This document shows, in pieces, positions 47,701-49,300 of a stretch of 49,300 bases of DNA (the first letter of the stretch is position 1; each line of letters begins with the position of its first letter). The notes under the pieces are model-generated. The model saw only the letters and a program-made list of their open reading frames with translations, had not been told where the DNA came from and made no database searches. Source of the DNA: Desulfobacteraceae bacterium (lineage in GTDB: Bacteria; Desulfobacterota; DSM-4660; Desulfatiglandales; Desulfatiglandaceae); assembly GCA_030642205.1 (NCBI GenBank), contig DAOWOF010000001.1, positions 1 to 49,300 of the forward strand, given 5' to 3'. The translations under genes were made by a program, and so were the position numbers.

Positions 47701-47876
47701 TCAACATCGCTGGAACTGCTGCCATCAAGAGTGACTGTTTTACTTACAACAGTACTTTGATCCGCTCCTGCATTCGCTATAGGGATAGCCGCAAAAGCAT
47801 AGCAACTCCATAACATTATAAATACAAAAACCATGAATAGAAAAATCGGCTTCTTCATGGAAAGTTGTTTTACCAT
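44727..47876 (-). CDS. Large surface protein: signal peptide, ten tandem ~93-aa PKD-like (K319L-type) domains, C-terminal TM anchor
   Basis: The repeat signature A(N/D)AG.DQ...LDGS.S.D.DGD.L.Y.WS.. occurs ten times. N-terminus MKKPIFLFMVFVFIMLWSCYAFA; C-terminus INPVLGIILVFLLLMVIFWMLRY. The start is 47876 or 47858. Confidence 0.85.
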   Translation of the reverse strand: MVKQLSMKKPIFLFMVFVFIMLWSCYAFAAIPIANAGADQSTVVSKTVTLDGSSSSDVDGDPLSYSWSFIELPANSNTRISDQSAVNPTFYVDVYGEYVVQLIVKDAFSASLPDKVTIDTTNSKPVADAGPDQSVYLMDLVTLDGSNSSDIDGDPLLYDWSLISIPPGSKALLSESDTINPRFTVDVYGKYIAMLITNDGIENSDPMAVVITTANSRPVANPGSDQGFYLLDTVTLDGSSSTDIDGDLLNFDWSLISIPDGSDAQLDDPGSVKPVFFMDVKGTYIAQLIVNDGLIDSYPETVIITTENSAPIANAGDDQTAFLWDKIMLDGSSSTDVDGDLLSFKWSLISSPHDSNAILDEEEAVMTNLEVDAHGTYLIQLIVNDGFVDSDPVTVVITTRNTKPVADAGSDQSTFLWDTVILDGSLSKDNDKDLITYSWSFTSIPLDSGAILSDQKALRPSFEVDAHGIYVVQLIVNDGFVDSDPVTTIVTTENSRPVANAGNDITACIGDDIILDGTRSRDPDGDLLSYNWFFSSMPTGSRVEFSNTYIARPGFRIDSHGTYVAQLIVNDNIEDSPPDTVLINVLNNIPVAIAGNDQNVSLGDRVLLNGNRSMDKDNDSLSYSWRLISAPTGSRAIINNPKTIRPYFIADTQGKYEIELIVEDGIEKSKPDKISITVVQAIGSSIAPIADAGSDRTISVMESVRLNGSSSYDSNKKQLSYQWSLISNAYGNMELLDTNTSRPEFKTDTPGKYIFQLIVNNGTQNSIPSEVVFNVTSLQEKNPLAPVADAGADQIVFVKDLVRLDGSGSKNTSGDPLNYIWSFKSRPSGSKAKISNPSVVNPSFEVDMPGTYIVQLVINNGLIDSDIVEVIISTQNSPPKADAGPDKTYTMVNSVQIDGNGSKDADGDPLYFIWSLLSFPPGSNPFLAECESIHPTLFVDLPGNYIVQLSVADANGGSDSDSVLITIVDKMAKGLKDQGRVYPHEATANTLYKKASIVKNKAGETKYSTVNKYGYNQNKLYSIQGYINPVLGIILVFLLLMVIFWMLRY

Positions 47877-48142
47877 AATTCATTTTCCATCGATGAATCT
47901 TTATTAGGGAAAAAATGATTTATTTTTCCTGGTCTTATAACTGATCAATAAATTTATCGAGTTAAGATCAATTTTTTAGAGCAGATACAACAGGGAAAAA
48001 CTAAACAATGGTTTGGCACCATATATAGTGAGATTAATAACGGGGAGCTTAAACATACAAGCTTTTTAAAACCATATTAATTCAAGCTATTGATACAGAT
48101 AGCAAAATTTTTAAGAACAAATCAAGTAAAAAATTATAGTAG

Positions 48143-48222
48143 CTATTCAGCTAAATATCCACCTCAACACTAATCTGATTAAACCATGAAAAACTCACCT
48201 AAGATGTCGTAAAGAAAGAACC
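48143..48222 (+). repeat. ~80-nt intergenic element, copy 4 (subfamily B)
   Basis: CTATTCAGCTAAATATCCACCTCAACACTAATCTGATTAAACCATGAAAAACTCACCTAAGATGTCGTAAAGAAAGAACC. Confidence 0.8.
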
Positions 48223-48423
48223 CGCTAAAAAGAAAAAAATTGAAGGTATTATTGACAAAGCCAATGAAAAAAAGTGACTAAGTCTACGGTTGAAAAATAA
48301 TCTCGGGAATCGATAGTTGTTGATATTCCAATTTGCACAGTGGATATAAATTTGATATGCATTTATAAAATGCTCAGGGTAAAAACCCGCCTTTAAGAAT
48401 CCACAATAAGAAAGGAGATAATA

Positions 48424-49300
48424 ATGGATAAGACTTCCGATGGAAACGGTTTATCCCAAATCAGTATGTCAAATACAAAAAAAGAAATGCTCGATGTCTA
48501 TGAAAAACTTAAGAGACAAATAGAAACAAAGAACAAAGAACTTATTAATGCGGAAAAATCGAAAAAAGAGATTGAAAAGAAAGTTGCGCTGGTAACTGCG
48601 GAAACTCAGGCTTCCCAGGATCCAGTCTACAGGATCCATGACCTCCGTTCTTCATTAAATAAAGAGCTGTCTTCTCTTGCCGAAAAGTTTGAAGAAGAAT
48701 TGGAGACGTATCGTAAAGTACAATCTGCTGTTCAGGAGAAGCAGGAAGAACTCAAAAGTATCTATGATATTGAAGCCGGCGCTTCCGATCTCGAAGCCTT
48801 GATTCAAGCCCAGCATGTAAAAAAAGAGGAATTTGATAGTGAGATAAATCTCCAACAAAGTGAATTTGATCAGGAAATGGCTGAATCGCGGGAAAGCTGG
48901 GACCAGGAAAAAGCAAAAATGACGACACAAGTCAAGGAAGAAAAAGAACAGCTCAAAAAGCAAAAAGAAAGGGAAGAAGCTGATTATGAATACAATCTGA
49001 ACCGCGAGCGTGAACAGCGAAGAAACAAATTGGAAGACGAGCTTCAGGCATTGCAAAAAGAAATAAATCAAAAAAAGGAGGCCTTTGAACAGGAGATAAG
49101 TTCCAGGGAGGTGGGATTAAAACGCAAGGAAATCGAAGCCGCCCAAAAAGAACAGGAATTTGATGAACTGAGTAAAGAGGTGGAATCTTTTCCATCAAGA
49201 CTTGAAGCCAAGGTTAAAGCGGTGGTCAATGAAACCACGGCACGACTTACTGCGGATTTTGGAAAAAACGAAACGCTTCTCAAAGCGAATTTTGGAGGCG
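48424..49300 (+). CDS. Coiled-coil K/E-rich protein, 3'-truncated by the window edge (not in the ORF track)
   Basis: ATG at 48424 with AAGGAG 7 nt upstream. I translated 292 codons to the window end without a stop (MDKTSDGNGLSQISMSNTKKEMLDVYEKLKRQIETKNKELINAEKSKKEIEKK...). The minus-strand track ORFs here are its F/L-rich antisense. Confidence 0.7.
   Translation, partial: MDKTSDGNGLSQISMSNTKKEMLDVYEKLKRQIETKNKELINAEKSKKEIEKKVALVTAETQASQDPVYRIHDLRSSLNKELSSLAEKFEEELETYRKVQSAVQEKQEELKSIYDIEAGASDLEALIQAQHVKKEEFDSEINLQQSEFDQEMAESRESWDQEKAKMTTQVKEEKEQLKKQKEREEADYEYNLNREREQRRNKLEDELQALQKEINQKKEAFEQEISSREVGLKRKEIEAAQKEQEFDELSKEVESFPSRLEAKVKAVVNETTARLTADFGKNETLLKANFGG

Noticed and set aside
1-49300. 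CRISPR arrays, transposases, integrases, rRNA genes, toxin-antitoxin or known defence-system genes
   Set aside because: None were found by reading ORF products and intergenic repeats. The only repeats are the short families described above.

Overview
AT-rich 49.3-kb chromosomal window, densely packed with mostly housekeeping genes. Gene content (HesB-like selenoprotein, CooT, DUF3842, PEP-CTERM protein, tig-clpP-clpX-lon) suggests an anaerobic Desulfobacterota/deltaproteobacterial-type bacterium, but this is inference only. Recognisable content, in order: parA-parB; a DUF3842/CooT pair; maf; tatD; an orphan GAF-GspE secretion-type ATPase; an M29 aminopeptidase; a first Lon; enoyl-CoA hydratase; a TtcA-like PP-loop ATPase; yggS; a frame-disrupted Cys-motif gene; a HesB/IscA-like selenoprotein with in-frame UGA that the ORF track truncates; rdgB; pgi; a PEP-CTERM protein; a CDF transporter fused to a NifX-like domain; an ABC-2 exporter pair; a split RsmF-type RNA methyltransferase; acyl-CoA dehydrogenase; an XRE-cupin regulator; fabH; tRNA-Asp and tRNA-Val; lon-clpX-clpP-tig; tRNA-Leu; an M23 peptidase; secA; argJ; a truncated hybrid sensor-kinase remnant; queC-queE; an HDAC-like amidohydrolase translationally abutted to a hydantoinase-like ATPase; a 1049-aa protein with ten PKD-like repeats; and a coiled-coil ORF running off the right edge that the ORF track misses. 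No CRISPR array, transposase, integrase or rRNA was seen. The least explained signals are non-coding. (1) An ~80-nt element occurs four times as two inverted pairs that bracket the queCE block and the HDAC/hydantoinase/PKD block, next to the kinase remnant. (2) A conserved-loop hairpin family (AAGGAGTTGTCC...GGACAA) sits just after four plus-strand genes. (3) An ATGCATAAAA motif lies upstream of both the selenoprotein gene and the neighbouring frame-disrupted gene. (4) Two frame disruptions fall in A-runs, one on a canonical A_AAA_AAC heptamer. All functional calls come from reading motifs by eye; no database search was run.
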